Below are positions 36,715-52,088 of a stretch of DNA of 64,000 nucleotides, piece by piece. This DNA comes from Selaginella moellendorffii. Taxonomy: Eukaryota; Plantae; Lycopodiophyta. The DNA lies in NCBI RefSeq assembly GCF_000143415.4, contig NW_003314298.1, forward strand, positions 727,014 through 791,013. The letters are read 5' to 3'. The notes below the pieces were generated by a model. It searched no databases and was not told the DNA's origin. It worked only from the letters and a program-made list of their open reading frames with translations. Every line of letters begins with the position of its first letter. Within the stretch, counting starts at the first letter, position 1. The translations under genes were made by a program, and so were the position numbers.

Positions 36715-36990
36715 TGATCTTCCTCCTCCTCGTCGCGAAGAACCCTAAACCCTAAACCCCCGGATAGCGGCGCAAAGGCAAAAAGGAAACAAGATATTTT
36801 CTAGAGATCCCAACCGAATATTCGAATTTCAAATCAAAACTTTTAGCGCGCTCTTATTCTTCTCTCGTTTTCTCGTAACTCTCTTTGGTTCTCAAAAGAA
36901 ATCAGCCGCTGCGTTTGCGTCCCTGCTGCTAGCTAGAAACCACCAACGAGCGAACAAAATCGATCGAATCGTGGGAGAGATGGATCTCGC

Positions 36991-39744
<2,754 letters not shown>

Positions 39745-40106
39745 TCTGGAATCCAGGATCGCTCTTAGACCCTAGAATCGCTGCATGCAAGGGGGAAAGA
39801 ACAAAATACCTCGCTGGAGCCCCAAGATCCGGTAAGAAATACCCCAATCGCGCGCCTCACCAGCAATCGATCGAGCAGAGCTACACCGCCAGCATGCTGT
39901 TGCAATGCAGCGCAATCAAGCTATCGAACAAGAGGAGACGAGATACGATACCCTGATCGTCGCCTGGGCGCGAGAGAGAGGAAAGAAACGAAGAGCCCTA
40001 ACCCTAATTTTGCACTTGTGGTCGGTGGAGAAATAGACGCGTCGTGGGTTCGAGCCCCACCAGAGATTCCAGCGAATATTTAGGGTTTTAGGGCGGGAGG
40101 AGCGCG

Positions 40107-41715
40107 ATGGCGCTCAAGCCGATCGGCAGCTGGTGCGCGCTTGGAAGCCGGCATTGCGGTCGAGGTATTGGAATTCCAGCCGATGCGATGGTTTCGATTC
40201 ACTGATTTCTAGTTCTAGGAAAATGGAGGTCTCTCGGCACGGCGAGAGCGAGCTCTAGCGGCAAGCCCTCTCAGATACCCTCCCTGGTGCGTTACATCCC
40301 CAAGCTAGCTAGAAAATACGACGGGGAAATCCTCGAGAACGTTCACTTTCCCCGGACGATTTCTAGCGGTGAAGACGATGGTGAAGAAGAGGAATTTGGG
40401 AGTGGATTCTTTGACAGTGATTCACAGGCTGGGAAGAAGAAGAGGAAGGGTGCCCGGTTCTATTTTGATGACACGGAGAAGCAGCGTAGCGAGCTCGGGT
40501 TAGCATCCTTTAGAAGGAATGCTATAGACCTGGAAGAGTTTGAAGAAGGGAGTGAAAGAAACGATGCGGTGTCTAGCAACGAGATGATTTCTACAGAAGA
40601 ATCTAGCAGCGAGGAAGAGACTTCCGGGCAACAAGAAAGACTTTCAAGCTTGCATCGAATTACTAAGGAGCAGCCACCAAGAACAAAGGAGGTGAAAACT
40701 TCGATAAGAAAAGAGGTTCTTTCAAGCTTGCAACTAGTTCCAGCATCACGGCTCGTTTCAAGGCCAAGACCGGGACCTTCCACTGCGGTTTTGGATTCTA
40801 AAGCCGCTACGAGTGACGACGACATTCCTTCACAGTGTCCAGCAATGCGTTTACTTCCAGCATCGCAGCTCAATTTAAATCCCAGAAGCATGGAAGATGA
40901 TGAACCGGAGGAGTTTGACGATGAAGAAGAGGAGGATGCGTTGTTCGCCCTTGAAGTCCAGAAGCGAAAGACAGAGTTGCCAAGCTTTCCAGACAGCGGT
41001 GGAGAGAGAACGGCTGCGAAGAACTATGCCGTTTTTCTGCTGAGTAAATGGTATGCTCTCTCTTCTCCTTGTTTTTTCATTTCTCTTTCCATCGTAGCAT
41101 CATTTTTTCGCATTCAGGCAAAGAACCGCTGCGGAGCTCCGGAAGAAACTGAGTGAGAAGAACTACTCTGTCCAAGTAACGGAGAGCACAATCGCTGCAC
41201 TGCGAGAAGAGTAAGCTGGTTTTATCTCGGTGTCCATTTCGTTGCTCATGGACTCTTCTTTTAAGCAGAGGATTGCAGAGCGACACTTCTTTCGCAGAAG
41301 TTTTTGCACAGTCGAGGTGGAACACGAGAGGCTGGGGTCCAAAACGGATAAAACACGTAAGTATTTGTCATGTTTTCTTCTCAAGCTTTCCCTTGTCTGT
41401 CGCGGTCAGGAGCTCGTCCGCAAGGGTGTTGACACCGCCAACATCGATCGCGCGCTGCAAAAAGTGTTCAAAGCGGACGGGGATGGAAACATTGTACAGG
41501 ACGACGATGACATGCAGTGGGGAATGTCAAAACAAGCCCAGGAGCACATCTTTGCTCTCTCTGCTCGGAAGTGGAGTAGCGGAGGCAATATCTCGGTGCA
41601 AGCTCGGAGTCGGAGGCTAGCAGGGTGGCTCCAGCGAAGAGGATTCAGCTGGAAAGTAATCAATGGGATCATCCACATATTGGAAGGAAATGGATCCTTT
41701 CAAAAAAGTTTGTAG
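40107..41715 (+). CDS. RECX: Plant RecX family regulatory protein, multi-exon
   Basis: C-terminal KNYAVFLLS..TAAELRKKLSEKNY, LQSDTSFAEVFAQSRWNTRGWGPKRIK, ELVRKGVD and RRLAGWLQRRGFSWKVI. Acidic N-terminal extension, with telo-boxes before the ATG at 40107. Confidence 0.88.
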
Positions 41716-43553
41716 TGATATTCAGAAGATTGTATGTATATGACTTAGATTTTTATTTTTCCATCACATAAAAAACATTAATTCAACATATGTATTTTCC
41801 AATAATTATACATTTGTTTACACAACAAATATTGAAACTGACTTCATTTATATTAAATTATACAATTTTAAGTTTTTGCATTTCTCAAGAGAAACGATTT
41901 TACTAATTGTGGTTCAGTAATTTTTAATTTGAATGTATTGCACTAATTTAACCTTTAGCATATTGTCATTTTTGCAAATTTAGTTATAAGAAAATGACCA
42001 AAAATCTTGAATAAAAAGGTTTTAATGACACAGACAAAGAAGTATATTACATATGTTAATATAGTAATATTTAAAAACTGTAAATAAATATATCTATTGT
42101 ATTATATATATATATATAAAATATAATTTGAAAAAGCTAAAACTATTATTATAATGATAATTTTCGAAATTAGAGAAATTAAAGGTGTAATATTTGTTGT
42201 AAGAAGTGAGGTAAACTTTTATTATACGATAAGGTGGTCTATAACATTTTCTAACTTTATTTATTTTTAAATATGCAAATAATATATGAAATCTAAATTT
42301 TTAATCAAATGAATGTAGCAGTATGTTATTTAAATTTTTAATTATCACCAAAAATAGAAAATTATGCTTTTTAAATATTTATGAGTTTTGTTATAATTGG
42401 TTTACTAAAGATGAATAATTAACACCATTATAACACAAAGGTTTTATAAATGTTTTTATATTTTATAATTCGGCATAAAAAATGTAACTTATAATTAAAT
42501 GTATGACCATTTTTATGAATAATATAATTATATTGTGTGTTTAAAAGGAACATTGTAAATAAAATAATATTAAAAGAGGTAATAACATAAGTTTGTTTAA
42601 ATGCAACTTACAAGTAATGCATTGATATTTTTGTTATATTAATGCAACTTATAAGTAATACACATAAAGGTAAAGGTTTCTAATTTTTATTAAAAATAAT
42701 ATATATATATATATATATGGAAATTTATAACATTAAAATTTCATATTATAATTCAGATTTGTTCATGCATAAAGAAAATTTAAGCAACTATAAAGTATTT
42801 CATTATATTTTTATTCTTAAAAAATAAAAAATAATATTTAGTTGAAACTTTATCTTTATCTTCTTTTTATTTAAATAAAAATGTAACACCATTATCACCA
42901 TATTGTATTGAATTGGTGTATATTTGTAAGTATATTTTAATCGTTCCAGCATCTGCTTGTTTAATTGCAGCCAGACACGTAAAAAGCTGATCAATCACGA
43001 GGAAGTGGCCGGATGGCAGCCGTCCGATTGTCTGGCGTCTCGTACTGGACGGTCCCGCGTCCCCAGCCGTTCGATCACAAGTTTGGCAGCTGTAACTTTT
43101 TTTCCACTACGTGGTGCTACCCAACGGTGGAGATTTACCGCGTTGATAATTTCCAATTTCTTATGTTGTGTCGGGAAGAATAAAAACCTTATTATTTTCT
43201 CGTGCGCTCCTCCGTCTCTCTCTTCTCTCTCTCTTTCTCTTGTGCGTGCGTGCGTGCTTTGGCGATGGCGGACGATAGCGACGATTCGAGCAGCGATGCG
43301 GCGCTGGGAGCTCACTAACGCCGGTATGCTCGCATTTCACGAATTCCTGGTAGAAAAATCCGGCCGGCTGGAGCTCCGGCTGGAAATTTCGCTGTGGCGC
43401 GCCTAGGGTTGTCTAGATCGTCGAGAGCTCGCACGATTGAGCTCCGAGGCAGGCGCTGGATGGAATCCCAGCGATTCTACAGGCGCTGGGGTGGAATCGG
43501 TGGAATGTAGCTAGCGGACAGGGCATAGAGCAGGGAAATTCTTGGCGGACGAG

Positions 43554-45229
43554 ATGGTTTTCCCGGTGGGGGACGTGGCGACCGTTGCCCAGATTGCTGG
43601 CCTTGATTCTCTCAAGCTCATAGCGGCTGTTGCGGCCGCGGCCAAGAACGCGCGCATGCACAAGAAGAACTGCCGGAATTTCGCGCAGCACTTGAAGCTC
43701 ATTGGGAATTTGCTGGAGAAGCTGAGGCTATCGGAGCTCAAGGAGCATCCAGAGACTAGCGAGCCTCTCGAGCGTCTAGAGGAGGCTCTCAGGAAGGCTT
43801 ACATCCTCGTCAACAGCTGCAAGAACAAGAGCTACCTCTACCTTTTGGCGATGGGATGGAACATCGTTAACCAGTTCAAGCTCCGGCAGGCCGAGATCGA
43901 CCGACTTCTCCAAATTATTCCTCTCATCAGTCTCGTAGATAACAATCGGGTACGCTGGCAGCGTGATCTTTCTTTCTTTTTCTTATTTTTTTTGTTTTGC
44001 TCTTTGGTTTGTTCGCTCGTCCATCTTTCTCACTATTTTGGTTTGTTTTACAGGCCAAGCGAGAGCTCCGTGAGATACAACGAGACCAGAAAGAGTACAC
44101 TCTGGACGAAGACGAGCTCCGGCTCCAGGAAACAGTTCTAAAACCTGACTTAAGCGTCAACGAGTCGAGGGAGCTGCGGAGGAACCTCTCTCGGAACTAC
44201 CCGGGGCTTGCTCTCGAGGAAGCTCTCCGGAAAGAAAACAAAAAGCTCAAGAAAGAGCTCCAGAAGATGCAGTCCCTCATGGAGGAAGACCAGTGCGACG
44301 TGATCCGCCGTCTTATTGACATCACCGAGACTGACGTGAAGGGTACCTACGAGAAGGATCCCGATTATATGAAAGAAGCCAAGAAGTACGAGCAATCCAA
44401 TTACGAGCAGTCCAACTCCGACGCATACACCTATCAGGAGAGCCACAAATCCAAGTAAGCTGGCTTCCATCAGATGATTCCAGCTTTGTGATTCTAATCT
44501 TCGTGTGAACAGTGAAACGGCTTCTAAATCCTGGCAACTACAAGATTGGCATCATGATCTTTATGGATGCTGTGGGAGCCCCCTGCTGTGTAAGCCAACT
44601 AAATTATGTGTGTTAACGTAAAGTGGCTTGCGTGTGCTACAGGCGTGGGGACATTCTTGTGCCCTTGCTGCACATTTGCTACAGTCGCGGCGACTGCCAC
44701 TAATGGAATAATGCGTGAGTAAGCTTTTCATCAAACCATGCTGATTCTCACTTACGTTTTTATTTCTTCTATGTGGGGCCTCAGCCAAGCATGCTGCTTG
44801 CACAAACTGTTTGATTTACACGATGGTGCTTAGCTGCTGCTTCTACACCTGTTGCTTCCGGCGTAAACTACGCAAGCTCTACAACATCGAGGTACAGATC
44901 CACTTATTTGATTGTTTTATTTTCTCCTGATCGCGTGGATGACAGGGCGGGTCCTGTGACGATTGTTGGGCGCATTTCTTGTGCTTCTGCTGCGCGCTCG
45001 TTCAAGAGGCACGGGAAATCAAAGCTCGTGAACGGGATGGAGGTAATTGCAACACTCTTCTCCTGTTTTATTACGTGATTGCGAATTAGGTGAATGCGTG
45101 CTTGCATGTGATACTCTTTGGTGATCCATTCTCACTTACACTTTTGGTGCCTGCGCATTTGCAGAGGGCAGTAGCAGCCAGAAGAGGATGATGCCGCCAT
45201 CGGAGCAATGCATGGAGCGCGATCATTGA
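43554..45229 (+). CDS. MCA: MCA (Mid1-complementing activity)/CNR13-type mechanosensitive Ca2+ channel with MCAfunc and PLAC8 domains
   Basis: VAQIAGLDSLKLI..AAKNARMHKKNCRNFAQHLKLIGNLL and SYLYLLAMGWNIV, then a coiled coil, then DWHHDLYGCC, YTCCFRRKLRKLYNIEG and HFLCFCCALVQE. Ends MMPPSEQCMERDH*. Confidence 0.93.
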
Positions 45230-45770
45230 CCCCCCTTGTGCAATACCACCAACACTTAAACAAGGAGGTACTTTTGGATAGTGAAATGCTGGCTGGCTTT
45301 CGTGAGAGTGAGTGACAGAAGTATGTTTTGGGACTGATTTCTCGAGTATGTTTCGTTTTCCCTACTTATACTTCCACGGCAGGGACAAGCCGAGAGAAAG
45401 TTTTTGTTTGTCGGAGAAGTTTGGAGGGAGGGAGAAAAAGAGAGGGGGAGAGAGATTTGGTGTTTGGTTGGGTTTGGTTTGTGACAGGTCAGGATTGTAA
45501 GAACAAGGCGTCAAAGCGAAGATAAAGATGGATCGTCCATCCATCAAAAGATATAACTTGCAACACTCGGTACCCATGGATGGAGCCAGCAAGCAAGCAC
45601 ACACAGAGGTACTTAAAAACTTGCCTTGATGGATATTTACTCGCTCGTCGTCTCGCCATGTCTTTACTTCCAGCCAAGCAAGCAGCAGTGCCGCCTTGAT
45701 TGGTGCACACGACGTTTGCATCCCTTTGTCATCCACGTTTTTATTTATATGCGGCTTTGAAAATCGCGGC

Positions 45771-45775
<5 letters not shown>

Positions 45776-45805
<30 letters not shown>

Positions 45806-47156
45806 TTTCAAGGGGGGGATCTTTTCCAAGCGCGAAAGTGATTTGCGTTTGCATGGCAACGATGCAAACGCGAAAAAGGAACTCGCTGTCTACGTATGTG
45901 TATCCAATTCAATCACATTTACGCGATGGGAGCCCTACGTCATCGTCGTCATGTCCAAACGCTCCCTTTCCAGCCTCTGCCAAACAAAAATTAAATAAAG
46001 AGGGAGAGAAAAACGTCTCTAAACCTCTTCTTTGTAGCAGCTTTGGTAGAATGAATATAAGCGTTCGCTCGTTTGCCTCTCTCTTGCCTCTCTAATCTAA
46101 TCTCCATCGATCATCTCCCTCCCTCTCCCAAACCCCAAAACCCAAAAGAAGAAAGAAGAAAGAAGAGAAAAAGAGAGCGAAGAAAAAAATGTAGGAATCG
46201 CCTCGCCCGCCAGTGTCGTAAGAAGAAAAAAAGAAAAGTAGCTCCAGACATCCCCAGTCCATCCAGAGAGAGAGAGAGAGAGAGCCCTTCCTTCCACTTC
46301 CCACCACCACCTCAGTTCTCCTCGTTCCACTCAAAGCGCTTCGCCACCCACTGTTTCACCAATCTCCAAGCTGTCTGTGATGGACTGCTAAAGGCGCTTG
46401 CCTCTTCTTCCTCCTCCCTGTTTTTCTATCCATTTCTTCGCTTTCTCATCCTCTGGGGCCTGGCCTGGCCTGGCCTGGGCTTGGCTGGGCTGGACTGGAC
46501 TGCTTCCGTGGTAGAGGCCTCTGATCTCCTCCAAGCACAAGAAAGCCTGCGCACTGCTTCTCTCTGCCTATGTGTGTGTTGTTGCACGTGGTACACTGCC
46601 GCTGAGCCCGTGCACGGTGCGTTTGCTGCTGCTTAGTAGTAAGTGAAACGAGAGAGAGAGAGAGAGAGAGAGAGAGGAAGAGGCCCACCTTTTCTCTCTC
46701 GCCTTCTCTTGGACTTTGTGTGTCCCTCCTCCTGCTCTTTCTTGTAAGAAAGTACCAAAGTGAAGTGATGATGAAGTGATGATCCTTCCATCACCTCTCC
46801 TGTGTATATACTTTTTTGCCTTTCTTCTATCCCCCTCTGTGACCGCTTCGCCTCTGCCGAGAGGCGGCTTTTATAAACCGATGCCGAATGGGGGAAGCTG
46901 TGAATGAAGAAACGGCGACAGATTGCGAGAATTAGCCCCCCTTCTCTCCCGAGGACGCAAGAAAATGAAGACGAGGCGTACCTACGGTGTGGTGGTCTCT
47001 TTCACGTTCAATCTCGCCATGTCCGTAGACCCAAAGTGGAAGTGTATGTAGTGAGTGTGAATTGTTTGTATGCTTGGATCAAAAAAGCTGCCCGCTCGCT
47101 GCTGCGCTTGCCTGTGAGTCACTGCGCTTGCTGCTGCTGCTGCTGCTGCTGCTGCT
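45776..47156. repeat. Cluster of microsatellites: (CT)n, (GA)n, (GGCCT)n and (GCT)n
   Basis: (CT)n ~45776-45802, (GA)n ~46265-46284 and ~46650-46675, (GGCCT)n ~46458-46477, (GCT)n ~47130-47156. Confidence 0.85.
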
Positions 47157-47950
47157 ACACTGAGCTCTCACTTGTGGAGTATCGGAGCGATGGGCAATAG
47201 AGATCTCCGTTGGTAGCTTCTGGCTTGCTGCTGCGAGCTGAGACGAGAGCCCAAGAGAGCAGCTCTCCCTTTCCATCTCTGTTGTCAAACTGATCCTCAT
47301 CAACTTCCGACGCCGTGCGCTTCAACTTTATCCTGTGTATAAAGTTTGCCTTCTTCCACACCGCTCTCTCGTACAAAATGCCCCTTCCGGCCAAAACGAT
47401 GCACCGACTGGATAAACACCCGACCCCGACCTCTGTGAGAAGGCAAGGCCCTGGATCCCGAAGAGAATGGCTTGCCTCCAACCTGACTCAAAACAAAAGC
47501 CGGGACCCCCCTCCCCAGTTCCTGAGCAGCAGCATGTATCTCTCTCCTAGTGATAAAAGCCTGCAACACAAACAGCATTCAAGAAGTCATTTTTTCCTCG
47601 ATCAAGTACCAAGTTTTTCTGGTGCACTAGAAAACTAGACATTTAGGACAATCATGTTGGGGAGACAGTACCCATGGATACTGCAGGATGCTGCTGCGGC
47701 GGAGGAGGAAATATAAGCCACTCCTCAAGGAAAAGCAAAGCCGCACAGCACCAAAACAAAAAAACGTCGCCCACAAAACAAGCAAAACTGATCATCTGGA
47801 AGACTGGAACACCAACACCGAAACACAACGACCAAGCCAACCAAACCGATTCCCCAAACAACAAATTTCACAAGAAAAAAAAGAAAGAAAAAAAAAGAAA
47901 AAAAAGGAAAAACGAAGAAACCAAAAAAATGCAGCATACCAAAATCAAGA

Positions 47951-48685
47951 TCATGAATGCCCGACGACAATACCTCCGCCGCTGCTGCCACCGCCGCTGG
48001 CTCCGCTCTCGCTCCCCGACCCGCGCGTTGACGACGCCGCAAACGGCCCCAGCGGGCTCAATCCCAGCACCGCCAGCCCCGCCTCATACGATCCCCCACC
48101 GATTCTCGCGATGTCCATCACTTGCTCCCGCGTCAGGTGCTGCTCCCTCGCGATCTCCAGCAGCTGGTCCCTCGTGAACATCTGCTGCTCGTGCTGCTGC
48201 TGCTGCCCAATTCCCAGATGGGCCGCCCCGGCCTGCGGTGGATGAGCTTGCGGCGATTGCTGGTGTTGTTGCTGGTGCGGATGTGGGTGTTGTGGATGTG
48301 GATGTTGCTGCGCCGCCGCCGCCACGGCCACCATCGGCACTGATGCGCTTGTGTACCTCGCGAGATCCTGCTGGGCGATGGCCAGCTCGTGCTGCAAGCG
48401 CGCTACTTGGCGCTGGAGCATGGAGATTGCGCCGACGCAGCCGTAGACGGGATCCTTGACGCGGGCGTCGGCCTCGTAGGCGAGCGAGTTGACCGCGTCC
48501 TCGCGCTGGTGCGGGGGGAGCTCGTTGAGCAGCTTGGTGATGTTGCTGGCTCCAAAGATCTTGTGCACGTTTGCGAACTTGTGGGGCTGGTCCGGCGGGA
48601 AGTACGGCGCGAAGACGCACTCGGGCGTACACTTTCGCCGCAGGAACTTGCAGGCGGCACACGGGGAGCTCGAGGACGATGCCAT
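47951..48685 (-). CDS. Class I LOB-domain transcription factor, AS2/LOB-like
   Basis: MASSSSSPCAACKFLRRKC (CX2CX6CX3C), FAPYFPP, GAS block, DPVYGCVG and a leucine zipper, followed by a Q/H-rich tail. Confidence 0.95.
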   Translation of the reverse strand: MASSSSSPCAACKFLRRKCTPECVFAPYFPPDQPHKFANVHKIFGASNITKLLNELPPHQREDAVNSLAYEADARVKDPVYGCVGAISMLQRQVARLQHELAIAQQDLARYTSASVPMVAVAAAAQQHPHPQHPHPHQQQHQQSPQAHPPQAGAAHLGIGQQQQHEQQMFTRDQLLEIAREQHLTREQVMDIARIGGGSYEAGLAVLGLSPLGPFAASSTRGSGSESGASGGGSSGGGIVVGHS

Positions 48686-49924
48686 GGCGGTGGTGGATGG
48701 CGACGAAGATGAAGCGCTGCTCGATCTTCTCCTGTTGCTGCTACCACCGCGGCCAGCCACCTTGGATCGGAATTTAAGACTCTTGCCGAGCGCCCTCCAA
48801 TCCTCGTGTGGCACCTGATCACATCGCGGATCTCCTGGACCTCCTAGTCTTCGTCTTGGTGACCATGGAGCCGATGATCTCGAAGGATAAAAAAATGATA
48901 TATCCGGGCTGTGTGGGAGCTGCTCGAGGCGACGAAGGAAACACCAGTGGTTGACGATCGATTCTCTTGTCTTGTGGCGTCGATGGCTGCTGGCTGGCGT
49001 TGCTCACCGCGGCGACGGATCTGATTGACGAGGAGGAGAAAAAAAAACTGGTGGAAGTGGCACTGTGGTGGCTCGGGAACAACGAAAGCGGTCCCTCTCG
49101 TCTGGATTGGGATTGGAGATCCGTCCTGCCGATGGCCGAAGCTTCACAAACCTAAAATATTCCAAGTCTGCGTTGAATGCCACCAGCAGCCAGCACGCAA
49201 CCACATGTGAGCCGGCCACAAAGAAGAAATACTTTTTTCTCCTCTTTTTCTTCCTCCTCGCCTCCTCCTCTTCCGTGATCTTCTTGCAAGAACGATCCGC
49301 AACAAGGCGCTCCTCACGAGAGATTTCGCCGACAAAGCAAGCAGCAGCACCTGTGAAGGCCGCCCGGTAACCACCGCGCCGGCGCGGCACAGCGCCTTCT
49401 TGGACGATAATCCGGCCGACAGCGCCGAAATTCTCCGCGCGGCAATGCAGCCTGGCCAAGATCCGCGACCACGGCCACGGCCGACGCCTGCCCGGGCGAA
49501 TTCTCGAGCAAATGCCGCTGGGATTCGCCTCACAGCGCCCGAATTCTCTCCGGCCGCGCCGAAATCCCGCCGCGGCTCCACGAATCGCGAGCATACTGCT
49601 GCCGGAGCTGCCGCATATCGATCGATCCGGATGGAGGATCCGGAAAATATCCCTAATCACGCAAGAGCTCGGCAGCGCAAAGATGAGACGATCGATCACG
49701 CAAAGAGAAGGAGAGAGCGCCCCAAGACGCGCAACGCAGCACAAAGAGGGCAAAATGGGAAAAGAGAGAGAGAAGAGAGATGAGAGCGGAGAGAGGGAGA
49801 GAGGGGAAAACCTAGGTTGGTGGTGGGTGGGAAAAAAAAGGGCTTTCCTTCCAGGAGGGTTTATCACCTCTTTAAGAGGGTTTAAGCCGACAGCCAGTGA
49901 CCGCCCGACGCGTGTCCCGGACCC

Positions 49925-50310
49925 CACGTGGAAGTTACGTTACGCAAGCGGTCACGCCGACGTCAGCGGTTCCTGCCAGCGTGGCAGCGCCACCCCGACA
50001 GCTGGCGCACCGCCGGTGGCACCACGTGGAAGATCTCTGCTCATGGTCAGCATCGCTTAAAGAAGCTTCTTTGCACCACAAAAAAGAGGCGGCCTTGTTC
50101 TTGTGCTATGTGACCGTGACGTGGCCGCGAAAGTCCATGCTGCGTCAGTGAGGCCATATGTCAGTTTTCCGGCCGCGGGGCGGTGACGGGCGCCCGTCAC
50201 GGCGGATATTCCATATTCCAGTGGCATCCCGGGGTCTCCATCGATCGATCCATGGGCGGAACTAGATTTCCATTTGGCCGCTAGCAGCAGTAACACTCAC
50301 CGCTACGTGA
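49925..50310. promoter_or_regulatory. Cluster of G-box/ACGT elements and an 18-bp palindrome upstream of the LBD gene
   Basis: CACGTG at 49925 and 50024, GACGTC at ~49960, GACGTGG at ~50119, TACGTG at ~50304, and gtgacgggcgcccgtcac at 50183-50200. Confidence 0.4.
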
Positions 50311-52088
50311 CGAGCCCGCGAATAACAGAACGAATATGCGGGGTTTACGCTGGAACCCAGGTTTAGCGGCGGGTTTGAATGGTCAACTTTGTCTTCGAGA
50401 GACATTGAATCGAGCAGCATTCGCTCCATCTATTGCCAAGCCCCCCGTACGATTAGGGCTTAAAGGTGATATGTCAATCAAGGAATTACGGCGGATCTCT
50501 TGATCTTTGGATGGCTGGCATGTCATTCTTGTGTTCTTCAACGATTCCCATTGGCGGGCGATATGAAAAACGAGTGAAACAAATGAAGGGATGGACACCA
50601 GCGAGTGAGAGAGAGTGAGAGAGATCATACGTCCAAAGTTTAAAGAAGCGCCAGCAAGGCAGGACCCTAAAATCGAGCTGACGTGGCAGGTCGCGAGTCG
50701 CTTGCGGCATTTGTGTGTGCCTTGTCGGCGGCTGTGGCGGCTTTGTTTCCACAGTTTTTCTTTTTTTTTTTAATTTTTATTAATTATCTTTTGAGCTTTA
50801 GCTTTCTTGAATCTTTTTCTATAAATCAAAAAAAAAATATGGAAAGAAAAACCAGCAAATATTTAAGACATAGAAGACTTTGGGAGCGTTGTCTCTGTCC
50901 AATTCATACAACTTGTACTTTAACCTATCGATCGATTGCGCAGATAGACACCGAGATCCCCGACTTCCAAGGCTATGGTTTCCGCAGACAAATAATTCCC
51001 GGCTTTTGCGTCCAGCTCCAGATTGTAACTGGGAGCTGGAGGCTCTGGCGCTTGAATTGATTGAGTGAATTGGATGTAAGTAATGTCGCCAGCGACTTGC
51101 TCGCTTCTGAGAGTTCTTCTTCCTCGACCAAAAAAGGAGATTTGGAGATGGGATATGTTCCATTTTATAGCAGGAATCTTTTCTTCTGTTAGATAAGCAA
51201 ACAAACGAGGAGATCGTTTTCGGTTTTCCAGCCATGGAGGTACGGGAAGAACATTCTCTAACTGGAGAACCGTGCGAAAGCGATGGGATATTCCTCCCTT
51301 CCCGTGTCGATTCTGTCCAGAAAAACTCCAAGCGCTAGAATGTCTATTTTGCATTCTCGTGTTAAGTGGGCTTTTCGGAGGTTTGATTGCTTTGAGGCAT
51401 ACCATGGTAGGATATTCGGCTCTTATTTGCTTAAAACACGTTAAAGTTCCAAAATTTAAGCATTTTAATTCACTTTATTTCATTTTTATTACTCTTTACA
51501 AAAGTTTTCAATTTTTTCGCTAGCCCGAGCAAATAATTTTTACATGTTTTGTGACATCGAAACAGTAGTACACTGAGAGTCGGGAATCAAATGATCCAGG
51601 ACAGTATTTCTGGATTTTTGGTAAAAAATAATGGAGAATTAGAAAAATAAATATATATTTTTCCAAGATTATACTTCGAGCTTGATTTTCGGAATTCCTG
51701 TTTGAGAATTGTGCGCGTACTGTCGAAAACATTCCAACCGTATGAAAGTGTACATATTTGGAGTTCTCACTTTTAACCCTTGTCCAAGAAATAATATAAA
51801 AAACGGAATGATGTGGCAAATCCTGGGCCGCGCGATTCAAATCCTCTGACGGCCGGATGGCGACGGGCAATTAAATGGGGGAAGGTGGAATCACTACTGG
51901 GTGGAGCGCAACACCAGCGAAAGAGAGCAAAGAGGGAATGAGAGAGGAAGATTCTCTCGCCTTGGTGCGTGACCTAGGTCTTAGCCCGGCTATGGCGCCG
52001 CGACGAGGAGGTGGACGACGGAGGCGCCAGGGCGCGGCGCCTTGAGAATGTGAGCATTCTTTCGGAGATTTCGATCCGGGAGCTCGCA

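Noticed and set aside
35572-36717. 381-aa + strand ORF and similar long overlapping ORFs (62137-63672, 22472-23164)
   Set aside because: These are antisense or alternate-frame shadows of GC-rich PPR coding sequence and carry no independent motifs.
40010-40075. Complete tRNA gene
   Set aside because: Only the T-arm is present; no acceptor stem or anticodon arm can be formed.
41720-42950. MITE or other element in a very AT-rich tract (also 12900-13730)
   Set aside because: No terminal inverted repeats, TSDs or coding remnants could be identified.
46540-46800. Conserved miRNA precursor (miR408/miR529-like words)
   Set aside because: Matches are partial and explained by GA/CT repeats, and no convincing long hairpin was seen by eye.
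49004-49927. 307-aa minus-strand ORF upstream of LBD
   Set aside because: Low-complexity translation of a GC-rich, CT-rich leader/promoter, with no domain and no coding-like composition.
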